Of a stretch of DNA of 39,147 nucleotides, positions 16,080-24,224 are shown piece after piece. Both the position numbers and the translations under genes were made by a program. Within the stretch, counting starts at the first letter, position 1. Every line of letters starts with the position of its first letter. Source of the DNA: a virus (Duplodnaviria; Caudoviricetes). Below the pieces are notes generated by a model. It saw nothing but the letters and a program-made list of their open reading frames with translations. It did no database searches and was not told the DNA's origin. Where the stretch lies: positions 1 through 39,147 of IMG/VR virus record IMGVR_UViG_3300030376_005278. One strand, written 5' to 3'.

Positions 16080-16615
16080 GCTCACCAGAACAATGTTCAA
16101 GCGCGAATGAAGCACTGGAAGCATTATTTATAGGCGATCCGTTGTTATGTTGTGGATTAGACTCTGGAAATTTTGCTACAAAGCCACGATCTGAATGGAA
16201 CAACCTACCTCAACTCCAGTTTATTGTACCTAGCCCGATGACTGAAAAATTTGGAGAGACACAGGCGGGAAAACGTTCTCAACATACACTCCAAAACACT
16301 GGGCCAAGGATGTATCAGGTTGTGGAGTTTGATAATGGGACGCACGACACTCACGCTGGGGTTTTATTTCATCTAGCTAAACACATGACTCTACGTTGTG
16401 CTGTGATGAGTGGTGGCAAGTCGATTCATGGTTGGTTCGATGTTCAAGGCATCAGTGAAGATGCTCAAAAAGATTTTTTTCAAGTTGCTTGTCAATTAGG
16501 CGCAGATCCAGCGACATGGACGCGCTCCCAATTTGTTCGTATGCCAAACGGTCGTCGCTCTAACGGTAAAATCCAAGAAATAATTTACTTCAACCCTTCT
16601 AATGCTCCCTTTTGA
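15785..16615 (+). CDS. Primase-like protein (AEP/RepB type)
   Basis: VVEFD, SGGKSIHGWF and GADPATW...FVRMPNG motifs; directly upstream of the helicase. Confidence 0.7.
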   Translation: MSEILIPKIKDCPPNGTGVHKWIFHACCKLNEAGFPPDEIEIYCAKHATRPLQPGEVINALKSIGRGGLVSRPMWRKPNEYAIESVINENGTLDDLKNGSPEQCSSANEALEALFIGDPLLCCGLDSGNFATKPRSEWNNLPQLQFIVPSPMTEKFGETQAGKRSQHTLQNTGPRMYQVVEFDNGTHDTHAGVLFHLAKHMTLRCAVMSGGKSIHGWFDVQGISEDAQKDFFQVACQLGADPATWTRSQFVRMPNGRRSNGKIQEIIYFNPSNAPF

Positions 16616-17867
16616 AATACACTACCACGCTGGCTCCGCTAAATTCTACATGAAAGATAATCGCGGAGTGTTTCAGTCGCTCAGTCCAGATGAGACAAAA
16701 CGACAACTAAAATTGTACGGAATCGACGGGACAAAACAACAGGGTTCAATAATGAGTGAGGTTGAGCGCGTCATGGCTATCACGGTTCGTGAATCGTCGT
16801 GTGAGTACGCTGGCCCACTGGCGGGTCACACTGTCGGTTTGGAAATGTTTAAAAATAACCGCATTTTGGTCACGAATAATCCAATGATTATTGAGGGTGT
16901 TGCGAAACCGTTTCCAATGATCCAGCAAATACTGGAAGAATTGTTTATGGCCGGGACTACTGATCAATTGCACTATGTTTTTGGTTGGTTACACATGGCT
17001 CGTTTAATGATGAACGCTGGCAAAACGATGCCGGGACAAGCATTGGTCATGGCTGGCCCACGGAACTGTGGCAAAAATTTGTTCCAAGACTTAATTACGG
17101 AAATGTTGGGAGGCAGATTGGCTCGTCCGTACCGCTATATCACTGGTAAGACTGAGTTTAATAGTGACTTGTTCCAAGCCGAGCATTTAATGATCGCTGA
17201 TGAGTCTGCCCACGCTGATATTACGTCAAGACGCACGTTTGGGACTAAGATTAAAGATTTTACAGTTAACCAGTTCCAGCAATGGCACGGTAAACACAAG
17301 GATGCGCTGATGTTAAGTCCGAGTTGGCGACTCACAATCTCTGTGAACGATGAGGCGGAGAATTTAATCATGCTGCCTCCGCTGGATGCGTCGATTGAAG
17401 ATAAGATCATGCTGTTTAAAGTTGCGCCCGCTACAATGCCGATGGAATGTAATACTCCAGATGGTCGAGATGCTTTTTGGCGAGCGTTGATGGACGAATT
17501 GCCGGGATTTATCTTTATGATTGAAAATTACCGCATCCCTAAAGAGCTAACCGACCCTCGATTTGGCATTAAGGCGTATCATCATGCTGAAATCGTTGAA
17601 ATTTTAGGGGATATGTCTCCAGAGGCGAGGCTTGCAGAGCTAATTGAGGTGATTATTCAGCCTAAGAAGAAGGTTTGGCGCGGTACTTTGCAAGAATTGG
17701 AAACCAGATTGCTGGATGACATGACTTATAGAGGTAGGGTTGAAAAATTGTTGAGCCATCCGACGGCTTTGAAAACTTATATGCGGAGGTTGAAGTCGTT
17801 AAGACCAGATGCGTACCAGACCCTCAAGAGTAACGGCCAACATCTTTGGCAGATTTCCAGTGGTTGA
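16602..17867 (+). CDS. SF3/D5-like (DUF5906-type) helicase
   Basis: Walker A GPRNCGKN, FNSDL, Walker B LMIADE, motif C ISVN. Confidence 0.8.
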   Translation: MLPFEIHYHAGSAKFYMKDNRGVFQSLSPDETKRQLKLYGIDGTKQQGSIMSEVERVMAITVRESSCEYAGPLAGHTVGLEMFKNNRILVTNNPMIIEGVAKPFPMIQQILEELFMAGTTDQLHYVFGWLHMARLMMNAGKTMPGQALVMAGPRNCGKNLFQDLITEMLGGRLARPYRYITGKTEFNSDLFQAEHLMIADESAHADITSRRTFGTKIKDFTVNQFQQWHGKHKDALMLSPSWRLTISVNDEAENLIMLPPLDASIEDKIMLFKVAPATMPMECNTPDGRDAFWRALMDELPGFIFMIENYRIPKELTDPRFGIKAYHHAEIVEILGDMSPEARLAELIEVIIQPKKKVWRGTLQELETRLLDDMTYRGRVEKLLSHPTALKTYMRRLKSLRPDAYQTLKSNGQHLWQISSG

Positions 17868-17886
17868 GAAATTTAAGGAATTCAAA

Positions 17887-17998
17887 AAGTGCCTCAAGTG
17901 CCTCTATTCATACCTTAAACATGGAAATGTGTGTGATATATGTATTATTTATATAGGGGAAGCTCCAGATTGAGGCACTTGAGGCACTTTAGGCACTG
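17887..17998. repeat. Inverted 9-bp iteron arrays, candidate replication origin
   Basis: AAGTGCCTC x2 (17887-17904), 67-bp AT-rich spacer, then GAGGCACTT x2 plus TAGGCACTG (17972-17998), right after the helicase gene. Confidence 0.7.
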
Positions 17999-18004
17999 GA
18001 TACG

Positions 18005-18035
18005 AAAAAACCCCGCCCAAGAAGATTGGACGAGG
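18005..18035 (-). terminator. Rho-independent terminator of the minus-strand operon
   Basis: Minus strand reads CCTCGTCCAA-tcttc-TTGGGCGGGG-TTTTTT, 21 nt after the last minus-strand gene. Confidence 0.75.
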
Positions 18036-18056
18036 CTGGAGTTGCGGAAAGTTAAA

Positions 18057-18290
18057 TTAGTCGTTGTCGGTCTGGATGTGCCGCCTCAAAAACACGATGA
18101 GTCCTTCCTTATTAGGTTGGACAATGTGTTTTGAAACCCTCCACCCACCTTGAAAATGCGCAGAGTCTCCCCGGTCACGGTATCCCCAGCGAATGTACTC
18201 CTTAACTTTAGCCACGTCTTTCTTTGATCTTGCCCAGTCAACTAATGTCCCGGCTTCCTTATCAGACCAAGTGATTTTATAAACAGTCAT
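18057..18290 (-). CDS. Hypothetical protein
   Basis: ATGA overlap with the RlpA-like gene; followed by a terminator. Confidence 0.65.
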   Translation of the reverse strand: MTVYKITWSDKEAGTLVDWARSKKDVAKVKEYIRWGYRDRGDSAHFQGGWRVSKHIVQPNKEGLIVFLRRHIQTDND

Positions 18291-18646
18291 TCAACTATCC
18301 TCCATTTTGGAGTAATCACTCCGGCCTCAACTTGGGCTAGTTTTGAAAAAGCCCGTTTTGATAGGTCGAAATCTCGCCCAGCCACAAAAGGCCCACGGTC
18401 TGTAACTGTTACCCGCACTTGATTTGGCCCATGTTTAAACAATATTTTAGTCCCAAACGGCAACGATTTATGCGCCACCGTTAGTGCATCTGGATTGAAT
18501 GGTTTTCCATTGGCCATGAGTTTATTGCGGTAGCGTTCGCCGTAGTAGCTACACACGCCTTTTTTCCATGTAGCAGGGGGTTTGATACCCCCCGCCACTA
18601 GAAACGCGCTCACGGCTAAGATTGAAGCGGCAAATATGGGTTTCAT
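18287..18646 (-). CDS. rlpA: RlpA-like (DPBB) lytic transglycosylase with N-terminal signal/anchor
   Basis: SYYG...ANG..F...LTVAHKSLPFGT...VTVTDRGPF..GR..DLS..AF; hydrophobic N-terminus. Confidence 0.9.
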   Translation of the reverse strand: MKPIFAASILAVSAFLVAGGIKPPATWKKGVCSYYGERYRNKLMANGKPFNPDALTVAHKSLPFGTKILFKHGPNQVRVTVTDRGPFVAGRDFDLSKRAFSKLAQVEAGVITPKWRIVE

Positions 18647-18789
18647 TTTGCGAAAGTTAGTTTGATTGGTTTCTCTGTTTCAGCGTCCCAAGCGTTAACT
18701 ATTAATTCGCCTGTGCTGTCATCTATATAAACGGTTTTGCCGTTGATTGTGATATAAACTACTTCTTCTGTTTTCTTTTCTATTTTCAT
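18643..18789 (-). CDS. 48-aa hypothetical protein (MKIEKKTEEVVYITINGKTVYIDDSTGE...)
   Basis: Not in the ORF track; ATGA overlaps on both sides. Confidence 0.65.
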   Translation of the reverse strand: MKIEKKTEEVVYITINGKTVYIDDSTGELIVNAWDAETEKPIKLTFAK

Positions 18790-19292
18790 ACTGCTTCCTC
18801 CTTCATCTGCTTACATAACTCGCCTTCTTCTTTGCCGCTCGCAAACCCTTGAAGCTCAGTTTCAAAACCAAAGCTGTCCGCGCCTCCTTGAATATTGTTT
18901 GACCAAGCATCCCAATCATTCAAAGCATCCGCTCTTGTTTCTGAGCCGTATGTTTCTTTAAACCCGTCAATGAAATCTTCACGAACCTCTTCGTACCAGT
19001 GATTGTAAATAACTTTTTTTAATTCAATTAGAAGCTTAATGCCTTGATGACCTTGCGTGTTATTATTTTTAACGTGTTTAAGTATTTCCTCCTTAGTCCA
19101 CACTCCAAAACTGCTATAATCTCGGCCCGCTCTGTCGATTGCATCTCCTAAATCTCGGCTACTTTGGTCATAATCGTCGTCAACCCAATGTTGTAAAAGA
19201 CTATCGACAATCTCGTCTTCGTTATCTAATACGTGGGAAACAATTGGTCTGCCTCGATGAGGAATTGCTACTATTACTGATTCGTTTTTCAT
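18786..19292 (-). CDS. Hypothetical acidic early protein
   Basis: ATG at 19292 (MKNESVIVAIPH) follows the upstream stop by 1 nt; the longer track start would overlap the Ocr-like gene. Confidence 0.65.
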   Translation of the reverse strand: MKNESVIVAIPHRGRPIVSHVLDNEDEIVDSLLQHWVDDDYDQSSRDLGDAIDRAGRDYSSFGVWTKEEILKHVKNNNTQGHQGIKLLIELKKVIYNHWYEEVREDFIDGFKETYGSETRADALNDWDAWSNNIQGGADSFGFETELQGFASGKEEGELCKQMKEEAV

Positions 19293-19293
19293 A

Positions 19294-19704
19294 TTATTTT
19301 TGATTAATGCTTGTAGAAAAATCTTCTGCGTTTTCTTGGTACCACTCACACGCCTTGTCTGATAAATATTGATAAATAGCCGCCGCTTTCCAGCCACACG
19401 GCCAACCCTCGTCTTTCTTAGCTTCTGCCCCAAAACAATTCTCGAAAGCTTCTTCGCACAAATGCCCGTGTAAGTAAAAAATTGTGTCTATTTCGTGAGT
19501 GTAAATGGGCGTGTTTCCGTCAATTATTTCGTGAAATCGTCCGTCGTAATCCAAGTCATTGTGAAGGCAGGGCGTTTCTGCTGGTTCACTTATGTCTGAT
19601 TCTGGATTGTTTTGGAGCCATTCCAGCAATAATTCTTTTGTGCCTTCAATACATTGATCAACGGTGTCTTGAAGTGTGTCATTTATTTCTATTGTTTTTA
19701 GCAT
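19294..19704 (-). CDS. ocr: Ocr-like (T7 gp0.3-like) DNA-mimic anti-restriction protein
   Basis: Acidic. FHEIIDGNTPIYTHEI parallels T7 Ocr IHMAADNAVPHYYADI, and AAAIYQYL parallels QARIYEQL; similar size. Confidence 0.65.
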   Translation of the reverse strand: MLKTIEINDTLQDTVDQCIEGTKELLLEWLQNNPESDISEPAETPCLHNDLDYDGRFHEIIDGNTPIYTHEIDTIFYLHGHLCEEAFENCFGAEAKKDEGWPCGWKAAAIYQYLSDKACEWYQENAEDFSTSINQK

Positions 19705-19736
19705 ATTTCTACTGTATTAAGTCAATTGCACATTAG

Positions 19737-19782
19737 TAACAATTGCACCGTGTATCCCGTGGGACACACGCCGCAAGCGTTA
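19737..19782 (-). other. Long interrupted intergenic hairpin (RNase III-site-like)
   Basis: Nested pairs TAAC/GTTA, TTGC/GCAA, CGTGT/ACACG and TCCC/GGGA. Confidence 0.5.
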
Positions 19783-19792
19783 ATCGATGCCA

Positions 19793-20452
19793 TCAATATT
19801 CCGCATTAGTGTAAGGGGTCAAAAGGGCCGTGCGTCCCTCGTTTGTGCGGGCCATGAAAGCTTTTAACTTTTGGGAATAGCGCGTAATTATTTCCCAATC
19901 GTGATTCCCGGTTTTAAATAATTCGGCCAAGTGGCACGTTGGGTTTTGCGCGTAGCCAATGCCAGTTTCCTCATTTTCTGAAATAGCTTCCCCGGCCAAG
20001 TCGGTAGCATACCAACCAAGCGTCCAGTCGAGGAAATAACCGTCTGCTAAACTGTCAACCGGGCCAAATAGCTCAACGTTGCCGTAGTTGCCGCGTGGAT
20101 CGCCGCCCAAATGGCGTTGAACTGCTACATATACATCATTACTGTAGTACCACTCACCACATGACGTGTCTTCCGACGGTGAAAACACACAAAACAAAAA
20201 GTCACCGTCAAAATCGTTTTCGTCATTGTAAGTGTTTATCAACTTCGACGTAGTGTACTCGCACCCCGTCAATGTCTCAATTTCCGCCTTTATACGCGGC
20301 TCGTTATTAGATAGCCATTCATTGCCGGTGTTGATTTTGTCCAATAATTGGTCAATGGCTTCATTTTGCACCGATTCTCCGAGTGTGGATTTAAGCCACG
20401 CTTCGCGGTCAATAGTGCAATACTCGTAGTTTTTTTCGTCAATGTTTATCAT
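19793..20452 (-). CDS. Hypothetical acidic early protein
   Basis: ATG at 20452 (MINIDEK); NTYNDENDF and HLGGDPRGNYG motifs. Confidence 0.7.
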   Translation of the reverse strand: MINIDEKNYEYCTIDREAWLKSTLGESVQNEAIDQLLDKINTGNEWLSNNEPRIKAEIETLTGCEYTTSKLINTYNDENDFDGDFLFCVFSPSEDTSCGEWYYSNDVYVAVQRHLGGDPRGNYGNVELFGPVDSLADGYFLDWTLGWYATDLAGEAISENEETGIGYAQNPTCHLAELFKTGNHDWEIITRYSQKLKAFMARTNEGRTALLTPYTNAEY

Positions 20453-20453
20453 T

Positions 20454-20603
20454 TTAAAAAAGTCTTTCACCACTAATAGTTGGAGATAAAAAATAGAGAG
20501 CCACCATTAACGCAATAGCCCCATAGACTAAAGAGGTGGCAATTATTAGACCGATTGTAGTCAGTGGTCTTTTACCCAAAACCACTTGAATTAATTTTTT
20601 CAT
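20454..20603 (-). CDS. 49-aa single-TM membrane protein (MKKLIQVVLGKRPLTTIGLIIATSLVYGAIALMVALYFLSP...)
   Basis: Not in the ORF track; stop lies 1 nt before the next ATG; basic N-terminus then a hydrophobic span. Confidence 0.6.
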   Translation of the reverse strand: MKKLIQVVLGKRPLTTIGLIIATSLVYGAIALMVALYFLSPTISGERLF

Positions 20604-20616
20604 ATTTTAAAGAGCG

Positions 20617-20662
20617 TAATCGCTCCCCTATACCCTTCGCAGAGGGCAATGGGGAAAGATTA
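20617..20662 (-). other. Long interrupted intergenic hairpin (RNase III-site-like)
   Basis: Nested pairs TAATC/GATTA, TCCCC/GGGGA and CCCT/AGGG. Confidence 0.5.
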
Positions 20663-20663
20663 G

Positions 20664-20969
20664 TTAGAATTTTATATCTTTAGCGGGTATCTCTAGTTGC
20701 CTCTCTGGATCAACCATAGCCCCTAAAATGTTTTCCGAATCATTCCATTTACTATCATGCAAAGATAAACAGCCGCAAGGCATCAACGTGCCGGTGTCTT
20801 TAGTGCCGTATCGGACAAAAACAGGGTTCCCCATTTCAACTTCAAACGTTTCACCATGTGCAACGATAGATTGCTTATTGAATTTGAATATAACAATATG
20901 AGTAGATGATTCTGGATGCTGCACCGCGTATAAGCCCGTATTATATAAATATATAGTTTTGTCTTTCAT
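20664..20969 (-). CDS. Hypothetical protein, first gene of the early operon
   Basis: ATG at 20969 (MKDKTIYLY), preceded by GGAGA and downstream of the candidate promoter. Confidence 0.6.
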   Translation of the reverse strand: MKDKTIYLYNTGLYAVQHPESSTHIVIFKFNKQSIVAHGETFEVEMGNPVFVRYGTKDTGTLMPCGCLSLHDSKWNDSENILGAMVDPERQLEIPAKDIKF

Positions 20970-20991
20970 AGAATTTGTCTCCATGCACAAA

Positions 20992-21019
20992 ACTTTAATA
21001 TGTTTTTAAAAAACGTCAA
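20992..21019 (-). promoter_or_regulatory. Candidate strong sigma70 early promoter
   Basis: Minus strand TTGACG, 16-nt spacer, TAAAGT, with a long AT-rich UP-like region. Confidence 0.6.
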
Positions 21020-21164
21020 CAATTATTTTTATGATTTTATTTGTGATTTTATTTTGAAAGCTATTCAACCCCTATAAACATTGCACAAAATACGTTTTTT
21101 ATTTTTGTATTTTTTTCTTTTTTTTCGCTTTTAAAAGGGTAGATTTGGGGGGATTTAGACGGCT

Positions 21165-21653
21165 ATGGCGGGCAATGAAAACAGTGGGAATAGAGGTACC
21201 CCAAAGAATAAAACCCCTATTATTAAAGAAAAAGAAATCTTGAGTCATCTAAAAGAAGGGAAGGGTATTCGAGAAACCGCCGCATTGTCCAAAGTAAGCA
21301 AAACCACGGTTGAGCGCATCCGATACGAAAACGTCGAGGATTTACCGAAATGGCGCAAAAAAACCGCTGAAAATATGATGCGCGTCCAAACAAAATTACT
21401 CGATAAGTTAGAGGATTCAGTCGACGAACTTGAACCAAGCGCAAAAAGCCTTGCCAGTTTATCCATTTCGATAGGGATTATTTCCGATAAACTAAAAGAC
21501 AATTTGCAAACTGGGCAACAAACCATTGAACATAAGCACATTCATATTAATCATTCCGACGTAAACTTACTACTTGGAGACGTAAAAGCCCCAAATCCTA
21601 ATAAAACTAGTGAAAAGGTCGAAAACACTAAGGAAAATGAACTTTTCAATTAA
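21165..21653 (+). CDS. HTH protein, probable terminase small subunit
   Basis: HTH GKGIRETAALSKVSKTTVERIR followed by helices; upstream of terL. Confidence 0.6.
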   Translation: MAGNENSGNRGTPKNKTPIIKEKEILSHLKEGKGIRETAALSKVSKTTVERIRYENVEDLPKWRKKTAENMMRVQTKLLDKLEDSVDELEPSAKSLASLSISIGIISDKLKDNLQTGQQTIEHKHIHINHSDVNLLLGDVKAPNPNKTSEKVENTKENELFN

Positions 21654-21806
21654 ATATAATAGGTATTGTGCGAAAAACCCTATGACCTCTAATATTTTTG
21701 TTGATCTTAAATCTAATGACAAAGAAGGGGGGAGGGGGTTGGCGTTAAAAAGCCTCGCTGATATTACAATGGGTTTTAGTGTCACAAAATTTTTTACAAA
21801 AAGGCC

Positions 21807-22181
21807 ATGAAGGAGACAGATTTAGCTGAATATTTAGGTGTTCCAAAAACGCAACTAGTTAAGTTTCGTAAACAAAACCCCGAATACACATATAAAGAAA
21901 ACCGCATCATCTATTGGACAGATGGAGGTAAAGCGGCTTTATATATTGAGTTGGGACTGGATCGTCCGAAAGACTACAAACCTAAAAACGTTTTTGCCGT
22001 AACCGAACGCTGCTATTTCCCCAATCGTAATTTGATAGAAGCCCGCATGGACGACGGAAAATTAATATTAGTACGAGTAAAAGACTCAAAAATGTACGTC
22101 CCAAAAATGAAAATTCCTATAAAGCCGAACGGTAACGGCTGGATAGTCGCAAAGCATCCAAGACAAAGAGGAAAATTGTGA
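21807..22181 (+). CDS. Hypothetical protein with N-terminal HTH-like motif
   Basis: ETDLAEYLGVPKTQLVKFRK. Confidence 0.6.
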   Translation: MKETDLAEYLGVPKTQLVKFRKQNPEYTYKENRIIYWTDGGKAALYIELGLDRPKDYKPKNVFAVTERCYFPNRNLIEARMDDGKLILVRVKDSKMYVPKMKIPIKPNGNGWIVAKHPRQRGKL

Positions 22182-22399
22182 ATCAACAAGACCAACTTAT
22201 AGCATTCCATGATTCATTAACTGATGTCATACAAAGATTTTATGACGAATTTGATTTAGAGTATGTCCAGATGCTCGGAGTAATAGAAGTGATTAAATCG
22301 GATATGCTGGCAGATGCTTCTGAGTTTGTGACGTTACCAATACTAAAAGAAGCTTTAGGGCGCATAAACGAACACGACGACGAAGAAGACGAAGAATAG
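22178..22399 (+). CDS. Hypothetical acidic protein
   Basis: Overlap-coupled to both neighbours. Confidence 0.6.
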   Translation: MNQQDQLIAFHDSLTDVIQRFYDEFDLEYVQMLGVIEVIKSDMLADASEFVTLPILKEALGRINEHDDEEDEE

Positions 22400-24030
22400 T
22401 GGCTTTTACTCCTACCCCACATCCAGTGCTGGTAACTCCTTCAAAAGAAAGGATGCAATTGTTTGCTTCCCGTGGAGAAGAAGGTTTAACCGAATTAGCC
22501 AACGCCTTAGAAAAACGAGAAGAACTTATCCGACTGGAGAAAGAAGACCCATACAGATACGGATTTGAACCGCCCCATTGGAAAGATGCAGACGAACTTT
22601 GGGAAGGGTGTGGCGAATTATTAATTCAAGGAGGCAACCGCGCTGGAAAAAGTGAATTTGCCGCTAAACGCATCGTGCAAATGATGACGGCTAAGAAAGG
22701 CGCGAAAGTTTGGGTACTTGGAATGACCGCGCAATCTAGCATTCGAGATCAGCAACAACTGGTGTATAAGTATATTCCAGCAGAATGGAAAAATATTAAA
22801 AAAGGCCGGGTGCAGAATGTTAGTTTTAGCCAGAAAAACGGCTTTACCGAAAACACGTTCATTCTACCAAACGGATCGCAGTGTTGGTTTATGAACTATA
22901 GCCAAGAAATGCGTGTTATTGAAGGTGGAGAAGTGGATATGATTTGGTGCGATGAGCTTGTGCCAATTACATGGATTGAAACTTTAAGATTTAGGTTAGT
23001 CACAAGAGCTAGTAGCCACGAAAGATCGGGACGACTGTTGATAACGTTTACGCCAGTAGATGGGTACACTCCAACTGTAAAAGAATACGTCTCTGGGGTG
23101 CGAATATTAAAAACAAAACCAAGCCCATTGTTATCTGGAATGGTGAACGTGCCGGGATGTCCAATGGGAACAATGCCGTATACGGGACAATGCCGCCGTC
23201 CAAACGCAAGAGTTATGTGGTTTTTCACAGATATGAATCCATATAACCCGTATGAAGAAATGACTAAAACTCTTAAAGGGGAAAATAGCATTCAGATTAA
23301 ATTGCGAGCGTATGGGTATGCAGAAAACCTATCTGGAAATCAATTTCCTAAATTTTGTGAAGCGCACATTCTAAAGGCAGATAAAATACCAAAAGAAGGT
23401 ACAAACTATTTAGCTGTTGATCCAGCGTGGAATCGCAATTGGTTTTGTCTGTGGGTGCGCGTAGACGATCAAGGGCGTAGATACATATACCGTGAGTGGC
23501 CAAATAGAAACGATTTCGGAGAATGGGCAATACCGGGAGAAAAAATAGACGGTGCACCCGGCCCAGCGCAAAGTGTAGGTGCTGGTCGTGGTTTGCCAGA
23601 AGTAAAAGAAATAATAGGCGAACTAGAAAAAGACGAAAAACTAGAAGCCAGATATATAGATCCCCGCGCTGGAGCTTCGCAAGCCGCTGGTCGCGAGGGC
23701 GGCACAAGCATTATTGATCTGTTAGGTGAAGGAGACGACCCTATGTATTTTGAACAAGCCGCTGGGATATCTATAGCAAACGGATTAACAATAATCAACG
23801 ACTGGTTGAACTATGACCAGTCAGAACCCGTCACAGCAGTCAATGAACCTAATCTTTATGTCAGTGAAGAATGCGGCAACCTCATATACAGTTTGCAAGA
23901 ATGGACAGGCAAAGATGGAGAAAAAGGAGCAAGTAAAGACCCCGTGGATACATTACGATATTTAGCAGTTATGGAACCAATTCATGTGACGGATTCAACA
24001 TTTGCCGCGTCTGGAGGAGGTACATATTGA
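22399..24030 (+). CDS. terL: Terminase large subunit
   Basis: Walker A GGNRAGKS, Walker B IWCDE, motif III ITFTP, nuclease motifs AVDP, YIYREW and DPVDTLRY. Confidence 0.92.
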   Translation: MAFTPTPHPVLVTPSKERMQLFASRGEEGLTELANALEKREELIRLEKEDPYRYGFEPPHWKDADELWEGCGELLIQGGNRAGKSEFAAKRIVQMMTAKKGAKVWVLGMTAQSSIRDQQQLVYKYIPAEWKNIKKGRVQNVSFSQKNGFTENTFILPNGSQCWFMNYSQEMRVIEGGEVDMIWCDELVPITWIETLRFRLVTRASSHERSGRLLITFTPVDGYTPTVKEYVSGVRILKTKPSPLLSGMVNVPGCPMGTMPYTGQCRRPNARVMWFFTDMNPYNPYEEMTKTLKGENSIQIKLRAYGYAENLSGNQFPKFCEAHILKADKIPKEGTNYLAVDPAWNRNWFCLWVRVDDQGRRYIYREWPNRNDFGEWAIPGEKIDGAPGPAQSVGAGRGLPEVKEIIGELEKDEKLEARYIDPRAGASQAAGREGGTSIIDLLGEGDDPMYFEQAAGISIANGLTIINDWLNYDQSEPVTAVNEPNLYVSEECGNLIYSLQEWTGKDGEKGASKDPVDTLRYLAVMEPIHVTDSTFAASGGGTY

Positions 24031-24224
24031 TGAACTTATTTGAACTCCCAATCTTAGTTCGCCCAGAAGAAGCGGCAGGGATTACGGGGTTAAGCCAAAA
24101 ACAATTGGCAAGATTAGCAAAAGTGAATGCACTAAGACTTTACAGAACGGTGGGAAACCATCGTCGGTATTATAGAGATGATTTAATAAAACATCTAAAA
24201 GGAGATAAAAATGGAAACAATTGA
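24027..24224 (+). CDS. BldC/MerR-like (excisionase-type) winged-HTH protein
   Basis: LVRPEEAAGITGLSQKQLARLAK...RTVGNHRRY parallels BldC LLTPAEVA...RTLGGHRRY. Confidence 0.75.
   Translation: MMNLFELPILVRPEEAAGITGLSQKQLARLAKVNALRLYRTVGNHRRYYRDDLIKHLKGDKNGNN

Noticed and set aside
17940-18134. 64-aa + strand ORF with RHLRHFRHW repeats
   Set aside because: The peptide repeat is just the translated 9-bp iterons; it also crosses a terminator and a minus-strand gene.
21610-21810. 66-aa ORF between terS and 21807
   Set aside because: No motif, overlaps terS and spans the G-run element; more likely non-coding, though not excluded.
24027-24224. Excisionase implying lysogeny
   Set aside because: No integrase in the window, and the position between terL and portal fits a regulatory or packaging role better.
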